DNA from: Candidatus Heimdallarchaeota archaeon
Lineage (GTDB): Archaea > Asgardarchaeota > Heimdallarchaeia > Heimdallarchaeales > Heimdallarchaeaceae
Reading direction: 5' to 3'
Length of the DNA: 64,000 nt
Assembly (NCBI GenBank): GCA_019057815.1
Contig: JAHLWR010000002.1
Span: forward strand, 68,902 to 132,901
In this document: positions 29,414 through 38,834 of the stretch, one piece after another
Layout: every line of letters begins with the position of its first letter
How positions within the stretch are numbered: the stretch's first letter is position 1
The notes under the pieces: generated by a model
Told to the model about the DNA's origin: nothing
Database searches by the model: none
What the model saw: the letters and a program-made list of their open reading frames with translations, nothing else
Made by a program: the position numbers and the translations under genes

Positions 29414-29711
29414 TTTTTCACTCTTTTCTTTTGCATTTATTTTTCTCACACCATCTTGTGACCATCTTTAGGGATGGGCAATCTATACAACATCCACGTG
29501 GATGGACATATATAAATATACTCACTTAACACACAGTAACTCAAGAGCTGGAGCGGGTTTATGAAATTAAAGATTTAAACAATTAAGTAGATACTTGTTT
29601 GTATCACATACGTTTTACCATTATACTCGTTTAATCGAATAACCTATATGATTACTCTAAAAAATTGAAAGGTAAGTCTTTTATTTAAGTTGTTAGAATA
29701 AGTATATACGA

Positions 29712-30650
29712 ATGCAAGAAGACATGGAGGTGGTTCTGGAACGACAAACTGTTCTAGGGAAATTCCTTGACAGGTTAAACTATCGTCCTCTTCGCTATGT
29801 ATACACCTTAATGAACGGTCTTTTGTCGGTTATTGATAGTTTTCTCAGTTCAGATGAAGACTGTATGTCCTCTTTACGCGCATCTCTTCTTTCTTACATT
29901 TCTTTCTTAGCTAGAACGTTTTATCAGAGTTCTCTAGTCGACAATCTCCGGTCAGGAGGGAAGACATCTCAACAATTTAAGGATCAAGTAGAAAGAGCTT
30001 ACATGAAGGGGTTAAGTGAAAGAGAACAGATTATTCAAAAGATTGAAATCACAATTTCAAAGGCTGAGACTTTATTCAGGTTAAAAGAGGATCTTAATAG
30101 TAAATGGCAAGAAATTTACTATCGCACCTCGGTTGAATCATCTGCTGAGCAAAATATCAGAAACAACATCTCCTTGGTAATTGAGAAGCAAGATGAATAT
30201 GCTTCTTTCCACAGCCCAACTTTGGCAGATCAAGATTCTTTTAAAACTCAAAAAGAATCAATTAGACAGATCTCTGATCTTTCTTTTCAAGCTGTTGATT
30301 TTGGGGATAAAGCCCAGATGACGATTCATGAACTATTGGATCTTAGTATTAACCCATTGGCTTCAATTGCAGAAGATGAAGTTTTAAGCGCTGAAAAAAT
30401 ACTTATGCAAATAGAATCAGATTCTAAGAAGAAAAATAAAAAACTAAATGAAGATGAAATTGGAAAATTATGCGATGTCTTATCTTGGGGATTAGATGAT
30501 ATTACTAATTTTGATGAATTAATCAAGCTTGGTAAAGAATTGAGGAATGAATTTGCTTCAATCTTGTCAGATTTCCTTGTAAACCTAGTTGATATTGACT
30601 TAGGGATTCAAGAGCTCGAATCATACATCTTGGAATCATCAGAGCGCTAG
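29712..30650 (+). CDS. Hypothetical alpha-helical acidic protein
   Basis: This is a long ORF with typical codon usage, no recognisable domain and predicted coiled-coil character. Confidence 0.3.
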   Translation: MQEDMEVVLERQTVLGKFLDRLNYRPLRYVYTLMNGLLSVIDSFLSSDEDCMSSLRASLLSYISFLARTFYQSSLVDNLRSGGKTSQQFKDQVERAYMKGLSEREQIIQKIEITISKAETLFRLKEDLNSKWQEIYYRTSVESSAEQNIRNNISLVIEKQDEYASFHSPTLADQDSFKTQKESIRQISDLSFQAVDFGDKAQMTIHELLDLSINPLASIAEDEVLSAEKILMQIESDSKKKNKKLNEDEIGKLCDVLSWGLDDITNFDELIKLGKELRNEFASILSDFLVNLVDIDLGIQELESYILESSER

Positions 30651-30727
30651 AACAAATCTTTCGCAGTAACGTTGAAGAAAAACTATGTTTTCAAAGAAGA
30701 ATTTTTATAAGTGCAGGAAGTGTTTAT

Positions 30728-31237
30728 TTGATGAGTTATGAATTATTTTTATCTAGGGATTATCTTATTTTTTCTAGTGCTCATTTTGTAATTGGAGAGA
30801 ACTTCTTTGAGCCACTCCACGGACACAATTATAAATTACAAATCAACATTTATGGTCAACAAGGTTTAGACAACATGGTTATTAATTTCTTATCCATTAA
30901 GAAGATTCTAGCTCCTTTAATAGATTCATTGGACCATCGAGTTTTGATAGCCACAGAAAATAAACATATAGAGATACTTGAAAAAGGAGAGCAAGTTATC
31001 ATTAATATTTCACGCCTTAAGAAAGAATACGAGTTTCCCCGTTCTGATGTAGCATTGTTACCAATCGAAAATACGACTGTTGAAGAAATGAGTCACCATT
31101 TTGTTAATGAACTTATTAACAATGACGAGTTAAAACAAGAGAACATCAAAAGGATTACAGTTACTCTTTATGAATATGAAGGCCAAGGTGTAACTGTTGA
31201 ACTACTCCACGATTGGAAAAAACACTTACAAAGTTAA
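30728..31237 (+). CDS. 6-pyruvoyl-tetrahydropterin synthase family (PTPS/QueD-like)
   Basis: It has the motif SSAHFVIGENFFEPLHGHNY (zinc-binding H..HGH). Confidence 0.7.
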   Translation: MMSYELFLSRDYLIFSSAHFVIGENFFEPLHGHNYKLQINIYGQQGLDNMVINFLSIKKILAPLIDSLDHRVLIATENKHIEILEKGEQVIINISRLKKEYEFPRSDVALLPIENTTVEEMSHHFVNELINNDELKQENIKRITVTLYEYEGQGVTVELLHDWKKHLQS

Positions 31238-31986
31238 AGATAGTTTATCTTACACCCATTATGAGTACACCAATTTATTACTGATTTTGCGATAACAAAC
31301 TTTTTCAATTTTCGATCTTTCTGTTGGCGTGTTAGTTTTTTTACTTTAGAATATTTTCCAATCTTATCTCCAAAATCAAAACCCACTAATACAGTTTTTC
31401 CTGCTTTTCCCCAAGTAGATAAGCATACTCCACGATCTCCATCAGTGAAACCGAGGAAATTGTAAGAACCATTGATTGGGTTAAGCTGAGTAGTTATTGC
31501 CAGTCTTCCTTTGCAAAGTTGACTTATTACTCCTTCAACAGTCAAGGTATTATGGCTATGAATATGCACAAGCAATATAGATCCTTGTTTTTGAGCGATG
31601 ATTTGCTCATTCACTTGACCATCAAGATCAGAAACCACTATATCAGGGATAATGTTTTGTGCTAACAAAAATGAAGTTGCTCCATCTGCACTTATAAGAA
31701 CATTATCGGAGTTAGATGAGAGGTCTAGCGAATGAAACTGTTCTTCTAGACTAGGTCCTGGAGCAAAAACATATACTTCTTTCTCAAATAATATCTTTTG
31801 GAGCTCTTCTATGTTGATGTTACTTTTACATTTGGCGATGATATTTCTCAAAGCCTTTTCATCTTCTTCAGGAATTATGTCAAGAAAATCGCAAATAAGA
31901 GGATACCAATTCTGTAACCAAACTTTCTCTGAAAATTCTAACTTTTCCAGGATGTGAAAGGGAGATTCAGATGTTTCAAATATCAT
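31234..31986 (-). CDS. MptE-like 6-hydroxymethyl-7,8-dihydropterin pyrophosphokinase (DUF115) candidate
   Basis: The pattern FAPGPSL...ISADGATSFLL...PDIVVSDLDG matches DUF115/MptE. Its convergent neighbour is a PTPS-family gene. Confidence 0.5.
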   Translation of the reverse strand: MIFETSESPFHILEKLEFSEKVWLQNWYPLICDFLDIIPEEDEKALRNIIAKCKSNINIEELQKILFEKEVYVFAPGPSLEEQFHSLDLSSNSDNVLISADGATSFLLAQNIIPDIVVSDLDGQVNEQIIAQKQGSILLVHIHSHNTLTVEGVISQLCKGRLAITTQLNPINGSYNFLGFTDGDRGVCLSTWGKAGKTVLVGFDFGDKIGKYSKVKKLTRQQKDRKLKKFVIAKSVINWCTHNGCKINYL

Positions 31987-33757
31987 TGTCTATCAGCTCC
32001 TCAATTGTTAGTGACCGCTGGCTATGGAGTTTTGTCATTGCGGTCTCGTACCTATTTTCAATGTCTCTGAAAGTGACAAATCCAAGCATCTTGGTTGGAT
32101 TATCAATATCGACAACAGGCATACATTCAATCCTATTGTCGGTTAGTTTATCAAATGCTGAAGACAGAGTATCATCAGGATAAGCAACAATCACATCCTT
32201 TGACATTACATTCCTGACATATTTATGACCCTTGGCAAAACCTTGTTGGAAGTCTATAGCACTTATAATTCCTATTAATTCTTTATTATCATCCAAGACA
32301 ACAAGAGCACTTTTCTTGTGAAGATATAAAAGAGCGAAACAATCAGTCAGCTTCTCGTTTTCTTTTACTGTGGGGAAGTCTGTTTCCATTGCTTCGCGGA
32401 CTTTTAAGGAAGATAAAATATCCGTATATTGGATTCTTCTCCGTAAAATGACCTCCTTACTTTCAATTTGACCAGTGTATAGACTAAAGTCCATTGAAAT
32501 TATAAACGCAGCAGCGTTGGATAGTATCATTGGTATAATTAGATTTGGGAATCCAACCATTTCAAGCACTAGAATCATTGAAGCTATTGGGGTTTTAGTG
32601 GTAGCAGCATGCATAGCAGACATCCCAATTACAATAACAACAAGAGGATTCAAACTAGGAAAAAGACGAGAATAGAGAGCGCCCATTGCTGCTCCAGTAA
32701 CAAGTGAAGGACCCATCACACCTCCTGAAGCTCCTAAACCCACACATGTTGATGTTACTACAATCTTTCCTAAAAATAATATAAATAACACTCGTAAACC
32801 AATAGAGGCATAATTTTCCATTAGATGATTTATAGAAAAGAAACCCGTTCCACCTAGTGAAATTCCCTCGGGAAGAGCAAGTTCAATTACAAATACTAAC
32901 AAAGCAGTAATAATCATTCCAACAAATGGTAAAAGAAAAGGCTTGAGTATTTTCTCAATGTTTCTCGAAAGAAGCTTATATAATAAGGAGAATAGAATAC
33001 CAAAAATTCCTGCAAAAACACCTAAAAGAACAAATAACGAAGCATCAACGAATGTTAAAGAAGAAGAGATTACATCAACTTCTAGATAAGTAGGATGGGA
33101 ATTTAAAAACGTAAGAATGGCTTGAGAAACCAATAAAGAAATTGCACTGGCAACTAATGCAGGAAGAAAGACTGTTTCATCGAGATCGTGTTTATACGGA
33201 ACCTCTGATGCAAAGACAGTACCACCTAAAGGCGCTCTAAATACAGCAGCAGTGCAAGCAGCTGCTCCAATAGTTATAGCGTGTCCTTGATCTTCTTTTG
33301 TCATTTTTAGTTTGTCCCCTAAAGAGTAAGCAACCGAACTTCCTATAGTAACAGCTGGCCCTTCTCTTCCAGCAGGTGCATTAACCCCTAGAGTCAAAAG
33401 ACTCGCAAAGAATTTGGTAAAAATGGTTCTTGATGGTATTGGAGTTGTTGTGTTTTTATGCGTTAAAACATATGAAATGCCTGCACCTTTTACCTCTTTG
33501 AACCCAAAATACAACAAAAGAGAAGTGATACCTCCCACAATTGGGAATAGAGCATAATAATAATTAATTTTATCGACCAGATCCCATAATTGAACAATAG
33601 AAGCTATAAAAAGACCCATTAGGACGCCGCTAATTAAACCTATAACGATAGAAAAAGGGAACCATTTTCTTGAATATTTCCAGTATTTCTTAAGTTGGAA
33701 TCTTAGTTGAACTTTGAAAGATTTACTAGGTTTTTCTGTGTCTTCCAGCTCTTTCAC
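31976..33757 (-). CDS. ClC-family chloride channel/transporter with two C-terminal CBS domains
   Basis: It has the GREGP motif (PAGREGPAVTIGSS), a polytopic ClC core and a C-terminal CBS pair. Confidence 0.75.
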   Translation of the reverse strand: MKELEDTEKPSKSFKVQLRFQLKKYWKYSRKWFPFSIVIGLISGVLMGLFIASIVQLWDLVDKINYYYALFPIVGGITSLLLYFGFKEVKGAGISYVLTHKNTTTPIPSRTIFTKFFASLLTLGVNAPAGREGPAVTIGSSVAYSLGDKLKMTKEDQGHAITIGAAACTAAVFRAPLGGTVFASEVPYKHDLDETVFLPALVASAISLLVSQAILTFLNSHPTYLEVDVISSSLTFVDASLFVLLGVFAGIFGILFSLLYKLLSRNIEKILKPFLLPFVGMIITALLVFVIELALPEGISLGGTGFFSINHLMENYASIGLRVLFILFLGKIVVTSTCVGLGASGGVMGPSLVTGAAMGALYSRLFPSLNPLVVIVIGMSAMHAATTKTPIASMILVLEMVGFPNLIIPMILSNAAAFIISMDFSLYTGQIESKEVILRRRIQYTDILSSLKVREAMETDFPTVKENEKLTDCFALLYLHKKSALVVLDDNKELIGIISAIDFQQGFAKGHKYVRNVMSKDVIVAYPDDTLSSAFDKLTDNRIECMPVVDIDNPTKMLGFVTFRDIENRYETAMTKLHSQRSLTIEELIDNDI

Positions 33758-33924
33758 ATGATTGAAAGTCTATAGCTGATATTAAACTTTCTTGAAAAAT
33801 TTTATTTCAGAACATTTTATCTTTTTTTTCTTATCCAGAGATTTATAAATTTCTCTGTTTTACTGTTTACAGAGAAAAAATAATTCAGAGACTGTAGAGT
33901 CTTCTGAATGTTTTCATCAAAAGC

Positions 33925-36126
33925 ATGATTAAATCAAATATAAGTCTACAACAATGCAAGGATGATCAAATGAAAAAGAAAAGCAAGTTTTTAATCCTAG
34001 GTCTCTCAATTGTTCTAATTATCGGATTATCGTCCAGTTTTACAGTAAACTCATTAGAATTTACTAATAAGACTCTAAAACATCCAATAAAAGTCATAGT
34101 AGATTACACTGAAGATGTCGATCGTATAATCAAGCTTCCTACAGAATATACTTATAATAATCATCCATTGATTATAGACCTAAATGATGATGGAAAACTA
34201 GAAACGGTTATTACATCGGATAGAATTAACGAAACAGCTCCATCACTAATTTTATTGTTTAATGGAGAAGAACTAGTTGAAGGGTGGCCTATACAAGTCA
34301 ACTTCACAGTTGAAGAAATACTTGGAAAGAGAAAGGTTGAGGGAAAAGAAGCAATAATTTTCCGCGTAGCAGACTATAATTTAGAAAAAAGAATTACATC
34401 ATTTATTGCAATCACAGGAGAGGGAGAGATTATTGACAGCTTCCAAATTGACTTGCTAGGAAGCTTCATTCAAGGGACAATCTTTTATGATTTGAATGAA
34501 GATGGTTTAGAAGAATTTGTCGTGGTTCGTAATGATGGTTGGATTTATTACATAGATCATGATGGGAATAATATCTCTACATGGCCAAAACAGTTTCAAA
34601 TAAATGCCACTGTGGTTTTGCCACCAATAGCTGAAGATATTAACAATGACAGTTTTCTAGATATTATCCTATGTACAGAATTAGGGGAAATCTTTGTTTG
34701 GAACATAAATGGTACATTGATAAATGGTTACCCTTTAGCTCTTCCGATTAAAACATACGGAAGTATCAAAGACAATTTTAGAGTAATGCCCATTGTTACA
34801 GATTTGGAAAACGATGGTACTTACGAACTCCTAATAAGTTCGACATTAGGTTTTATGTATGGGATGGTTTTAGATCCAGTTGTTAACGAAAGCTGGACTG
34901 TTCCACTTGATTTTTCCATCTGGAAAGAGACACAAGCAGTAGCAATGGACCTAAATAATGACAATTTACCGGAAATTATTCAACCTTTTTATAATGGAAT
35001 TATATTGTTAGAATATGATGGAGAGTTGAACGAGACATTCAGAAACGCAGGTTTTTTCCGCTGCCATGGAACTCCTGCGATAGCAGATATAGATAATGAT
35101 AATGTTCCCGAAATAATTGTAGCAGATAGTAATTATTTACGTATAATCGATTCAAGTGGTGTTGAAAAAGAAAGGTTATGGAAAGGAATAGTTACAGATT
35201 CCAACTCTCCGTTAGTCTATGATATTGATAATGATAAAGAAATTGAAGTCGTGTATCTGAATAGGGGAGGTGAGATTTACATCTTTGAAACAAATGATTA
35301 CGGATTGATGCCTTGGATAAGTCAATATGGATCTTCAACACATACAACTAATAGAGATTATGATAATGACGGATTATGGGATTATGAAGAAAAAATTCTG
35401 AAAACAAGAGAGGATCAAATAGATACAGATGGGGATGGAGTCTCTGATGGGTTGGAGGTGAATCAGTATGCTTTGAATCCTGTTTCAAAAGATAGTAATG
35501 GTGATACAGACCTAGATCTCTTGAAGAATATAGAAGAAATTGATATTCATAGAACGAATCCAATGAATCCTGATTCAGACTTTGATAGTTTAACAGATGG
35601 GGATGAAGTTTTAATTTATTTCACGAATCCACTTTCTGATGATACTGATAATGATAAAATGACTGATGCTTTTGAAGTAACATATGATTCGCTAGATCCA
35701 AACAACGCTGCTGATGCTTTGGAAGATGCAGATAATGATAATTTGATAAATAAGGATGAACAAAAGTATGGAACAAATCCTGAAGATCCAGATACAGACA
35801 AAGATGGTCTTTTAGACGGAGATGAAGTGCATAGATATATCACCAATCCTAGAATACCGGATAAAGATGCAGATTACGATGGAGATGGTCTAACTAATGT
35901 TGAAGAAGTAGATATCTACGGAACAGACCCTTCACAACCCGATTCAGATTTTGACGGTTTTGAAGATGGAGAAGAAATAGATAAAGGATCCGATCCTTTG
36001 GACCCAAATAGTATCCCAACTACAAAAACAAGTTTTTTGATGAATAATCTAATAATTGTCCCAGTTTTAATCGGAATAAGAAAATGGAAAAAAATGAAAA
36101 AAGAAAGAAGGGATGTTAAACAATGA
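33925..36126 (+). CDS. Secreted, C-terminally anchored integrin-alpha-like protein: seven-bladed FG-GAP-type beta-propeller plus seven thrombospondin-type-3-like Ca-binding repeats
   Basis: It has a signal peptide. Seven D-x-[ND]-x-D-[GN]-x-x-E motifs follow (DLNDDGKLE, DLNEDGLEE, DINNDSFLD, DLENDGTYE, DLNNDNLPE, DIDNDNVPE, DIDNDKEIE). Seven DxDxDGxxDGxE acidic repeats come next (DTDGDGVSDGLE ... DSDFDGFEDGEE). It ends in a C-terminal TM helix with a basic tail. Confidence 0.55.
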   Translation: MIKSNISLQQCKDDQMKKKSKFLILGLSIVLIIGLSSSFTVNSLEFTNKTLKHPIKVIVDYTEDVDRIIKLPTEYTYNNHPLIIDLNDDGKLETVITSDRINETAPSLILLFNGEELVEGWPIQVNFTVEEILGKRKVEGKEAIIFRVADYNLEKRITSFIAITGEGEIIDSFQIDLLGSFIQGTIFYDLNEDGLEEFVVVRNDGWIYYIDHDGNNISTWPKQFQINATVVLPPIAEDINNDSFLDIILCTELGEIFVWNINGTLINGYPLALPIKTYGSIKDNFRVMPIVTDLENDGTYELLISSTLGFMYGMVLDPVVNESWTVPLDFSIWKETQAVAMDLNNDNLPEIIQPFYNGIILLEYDGELNETFRNAGFFRCHGTPAIADIDNDNVPEIIVADSNYLRIIDSSGVEKERLWKGIVTDSNSPLVYDIDNDKEIEVVYLNRGGEIYIFETNDYGLMPWISQYGSSTHTTNRDYDNDGLWDYEEKILKTREDQIDTDGDGVSDGLEVNQYALNPVSKDSNGDTDLDLLKNIEEIDIHRTNPMNPDSDFDSLTDGDEVLIYFTNPLSDDTDNDKMTDAFEVTYDSLDPNNAADALEDADNDNLINKDEQKYGTNPEDPDTDKDGLLDGDEVHRYITNPRIPDKDADYDGDGLTNVEEVDIYGTDPSQPDSDFDGFEDGEEIDKGSDPLDPNSIPTTKTSFLMNNLIIVPVLIGIRKWKKMKKERRDVKQ

Positions 36127-36560
36127 AGTGTCCTTATTGTAGGAAGGATAAACTAATAGTGCTTGAGGATAAGCGAACATGTGAGTGTCAAAGGTGTAAA
36201 TACCAATTTGAAGTATCAAGAATTGCATTGTTCATCGAAAAAATTTTTTCGTTTCCTCTTTCTTCTATTATCTATTCAACAGCAATAGCAAGTTTGGATT
36301 ACTTAATTGCTTATTATACACAACAAACTGTGAAAGCTTCATTTGGAGCATATTATACTTTTGTTCTAATGACATCAGGAATATTAGTAGGACTCTTCTA
36401 TTATACTATAATATCCAGAAAATCACAAAGTTCCTTTCTGATAAGTAGAAAAAGAAATTTTATCGAGAAGATAATGGAACTGGCTCCACTTGTTAAAGTA
36501 TCGATACTATTGCTTGTTGCTACACTTGCAACAACAATTTATTATGGAGTCACGCAATAA
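36123..36560 (+). CDS. Zinc-ribbon (CxxC...CxxC) membrane protein, translationally coupled to the integrin-like gene
   Basis: It has an N-terminal CPYCRK...CECQRCK motif followed by 3 TM helices. It overlaps the upstream gene by 4 nt. Confidence 0.4.
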   Translation: MKCPYCRKDKLIVLEDKRTCECQRCKYQFEVSRIALFIEKIFSFPLSSIIYSTAIASLDYLIAYYTQQTVKASFGAYYTFVLMTSGILVGLFYYTIISRKSQSSFLISRKRNFIEKIMELAPLVKVSILLLVATLATTIYYGVTQ

Positions 36561-36785
36561 TGGTAGCTTACTTCAGAAAAAGAGGAATATAACTAATTTC
36601 AATTATTTACAATTAGAGAAGTGAAATTTAACCTCTCAACGCACTTGCAGATGATCCATTTATCCTTTTAAATAACATTTAGATAGCCTTATGGTAGGTT
36701 TACCAAGTTTCATGATGTACGCAATATATTAGACACAATCTTAAGAAAAGACAAATATCTTAGAAAAGTCGCTTTGTAAAGGATA

Positions 36786-36815
36786 AAGAAAAAAGAAAAA
36801 AGAAAAAAGAAAAGT
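36786..36815. repeat. (GAAAAA)n microsatellite
   Basis: The sequence aaagaaaaaagaaaaaagaaaaaagaaaag lies in the 3' flank of the gene at 36825..38819. Confidence 0.6.
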
Positions 36816-36824
36816 TTTGGTTTT

Positions 36825-38819
36825 TTACTTCCGCTTTCTGTAAAGAGCTACGAAAACAACAGCACCAAGTGCGCCAAGTATAGCTAATAATGACATTGGT
36901 GCTTTAGTTTCTGTCTCTATTATAGTCTCTACAGTTGTTTCGGTATCTGTCGTTATGATTGTCTCTGTTTCTAGTGTTGGAATTTCACTAATAACTTCTG
37001 CAGCAAACAGCCATTCGAAGGAAGCAGCCAAATCATAACGGTATTTGACTATGTCATGATTGTACCAGAAAGCTTGTACTGGATAGATTGGACTGTCCGA
37101 AATGAGAAATTCACCATCATGAAGTACTTGATTCATTTCTTTACGATCAATGGCGTAGTTAAGTGCTTTACGAACTGCTGCGCCTTTAGTGTATTCCTCT
37201 TTTCCTGGAATATCTACCATATCATAGTTTGCGTCACCACCGATGAATGGACGTCGTAGGTTGTAGAACAAGAATGAGAAGTATCCTTGCAATTGAGTTT
37301 GGACTTCAAACCTTGCATCTTGTTGCATTTGTTTCCTTTCTGCGGGGAACGATGCTAGACCCATGATACTTAGTTTACCAGATTTGAATTCAGCTAGAGC
37401 TGAAGTTTGATCTGGAATAACTCTTATGATGACAGTATCGATATCTAAGTCTTGAGGAGTGCCATCAATTGCACCAATACCAAAATTAGTTTCCCAGAAT
37501 ACGCTTTTTTGTAATACAGTAACTGAGTTTTGGATGCTATAATCCAACATGTATTTTCCGCAACCAAATGCTGAAGTACTGAATAATGTCCATGGAGTCT
37601 CTAGGAGAATATCATCATAGATACCAGTCATTTCTACTCCACCACCAGATGTGGTGATTGTTGGGTCTGTACTGTTCAGGAAGAATTCAGGAAGACATCG
37701 AGAGGTTATTCTTGGCCAGAATGGAGCATAATTATCAAGTTCTGCAGTTGCGGGTTTACCATCAATGACTATGTGGAAAGTATATTCATCTAGTGGATCT
37801 ATCCATATAGCTCTAATCCAATCGTAGAGGAAAGCATCTTCACTAGTAATTGTGTTAGCCCATGCAAGATAGGTAAAGACAGCGTCTTTAGCAGTAACTT
37901 CTTGGTTCGTTCCATCACTTGCTAGACCTTTTAGACCAGCTACTGGTGTTTCAGATGAAAGATCGGTTGAACCATCTCTGGCTGTGGTATCATAGGAAGG
38001 ATTCCAATAAACACCTTGTCTCATGGTGAAAGTGAAGTAACTATCATTGATCATTTCCCAAGATTCAACAAGACCAGTCTTCAATGGTTCAAAATCCGGA
38101 CTCATTTGAACAATGGGTTCCATCACTAATGAGGAAATGAGAGAGCTTGAAGAATCATCTTGTAATAATGGGTTAAGTTCTTTCCAATTAGCATCGCTAT
38201 CAATAAACTCTGTCAAATACTCTTGACCATCATGATAATCTGTCCAATCCATGTAAGGTAGAGAGTCAACGTATCCCCATCTCATATCATAGCCAGTTAA
38301 TGTTGCCCATGTAGCAGTATAAAATCTTGGACTGTATAGAGGTAACATTGGGACGATTTTGTCCATCAAGAGTTGTTGCCAGTCGTAATAGAGTTGTTGT
38401 CTTTCTGCTAGATCGACGATAGTAACACCATCAATCATCAAGTTTTCGCTATCATTACCGTATGGCATCACTTTGTCAATACCAAACATGTTCAGAGAAG
38501 CGGTTTCTTTGTATACTCCGGAAGGATCAGGGTCAGCTGTACCTCCAGTAAGAGCTACAATACCCATGTCAAAATCGTATGTAACGGTAAGTGTTCCAAT
38601 GAATACTACCCATTCTTCGACTTTAACATCTACAGCAATACCAATTTCGGCCAGATATTGAGCAATATATAAACCATAATCTGGACGTGTTCCACCACCA
38701 TTAGTCTTAAAGGTTAAGTGAGCAATTGGATCAACTGCGGCTTTTGTGTTAGCAGTTTGAAGACTCATTAAGAGAAAACTAGCTACCACAAAAAATGCGA
38801 TAAATGATTTTTTGTTCAT
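36825..38819 (-). CDS. Extracellular solute-binding protein, family-5 (OppA/DppA-like), archaeal type with a C-terminal Thr/Glu-rich linker and TM anchor
   Basis: It has a signal peptide and an SBP_bac_5 core motif (LVESWEMINDSYFTFTMRQGVYW). It also has the C-lobe motifs AEIGIAVDVKVEEW, YDFDM and ADPDP, and a VRKALNYAIDRKEM motif. Its C-terminus is ...ETETK plus a TM helix and RKRK. The gene has a GC-rich composition. Confidence 0.45.
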   Translation of the reverse strand: MNKKSFIAFFVVASFLLMSLQTANTKAAVDPIAHLTFKTNGGGTRPDYGLYIAQYLAEIGIAVDVKVEEWVVFIGTLTVTYDFDMGIVALTGGTADPDPSGVYKETASLNMFGIDKVMPYGNDSENLMIDGVTIVDLAERQQLYYDWQQLLMDKIVPMLPLYSPRFYTATWATLTGYDMRWGYVDSLPYMDWTDYHDGQEYLTEFIDSDANWKELNPLLQDDSSSSLISSLVMEPIVQMSPDFEPLKTGLVESWEMINDSYFTFTMRQGVYWNPSYDTTARDGSTDLSSETPVAGLKGLASDGTNQEVTAKDAVFTYLAWANTITSEDAFLYDWIRAIWIDPLDEYTFHIVIDGKPATAELDNYAPFWPRITSRCLPEFFLNSTDPTITTSGGGVEMTGIYDDILLETPWTLFSTSAFGCGKYMLDYSIQNSVTVLQKSVFWETNFGIGAIDGTPQDLDIDTVIIRVIPDQTSALAEFKSGKLSIMGLASFPAERKQMQQDARFEVQTQLQGYFSFLFYNLRRPFIGGDANYDMVDIPGKEEYTKGAAVRKALNYAIDRKEMNQVLHDGEFLISDSPIYPVQAFWYNHDIVKYRYDLAASFEWLFAAEVISEIPTLETETIITTDTETTVETIIETETKAPMSLLAILGALGAVVFVALYRKRK

Positions 38820-38834
38820 TTAATATCACCTATT

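Noticed and set aside
29314-29529. A 71-aa + strand ORF in the gene-poor region
   Set aside because: Its translation is low-complexity. It lies opposite the RHH ORF, which fits a known fold much better, and it has no motifs or ribosome-binding site.
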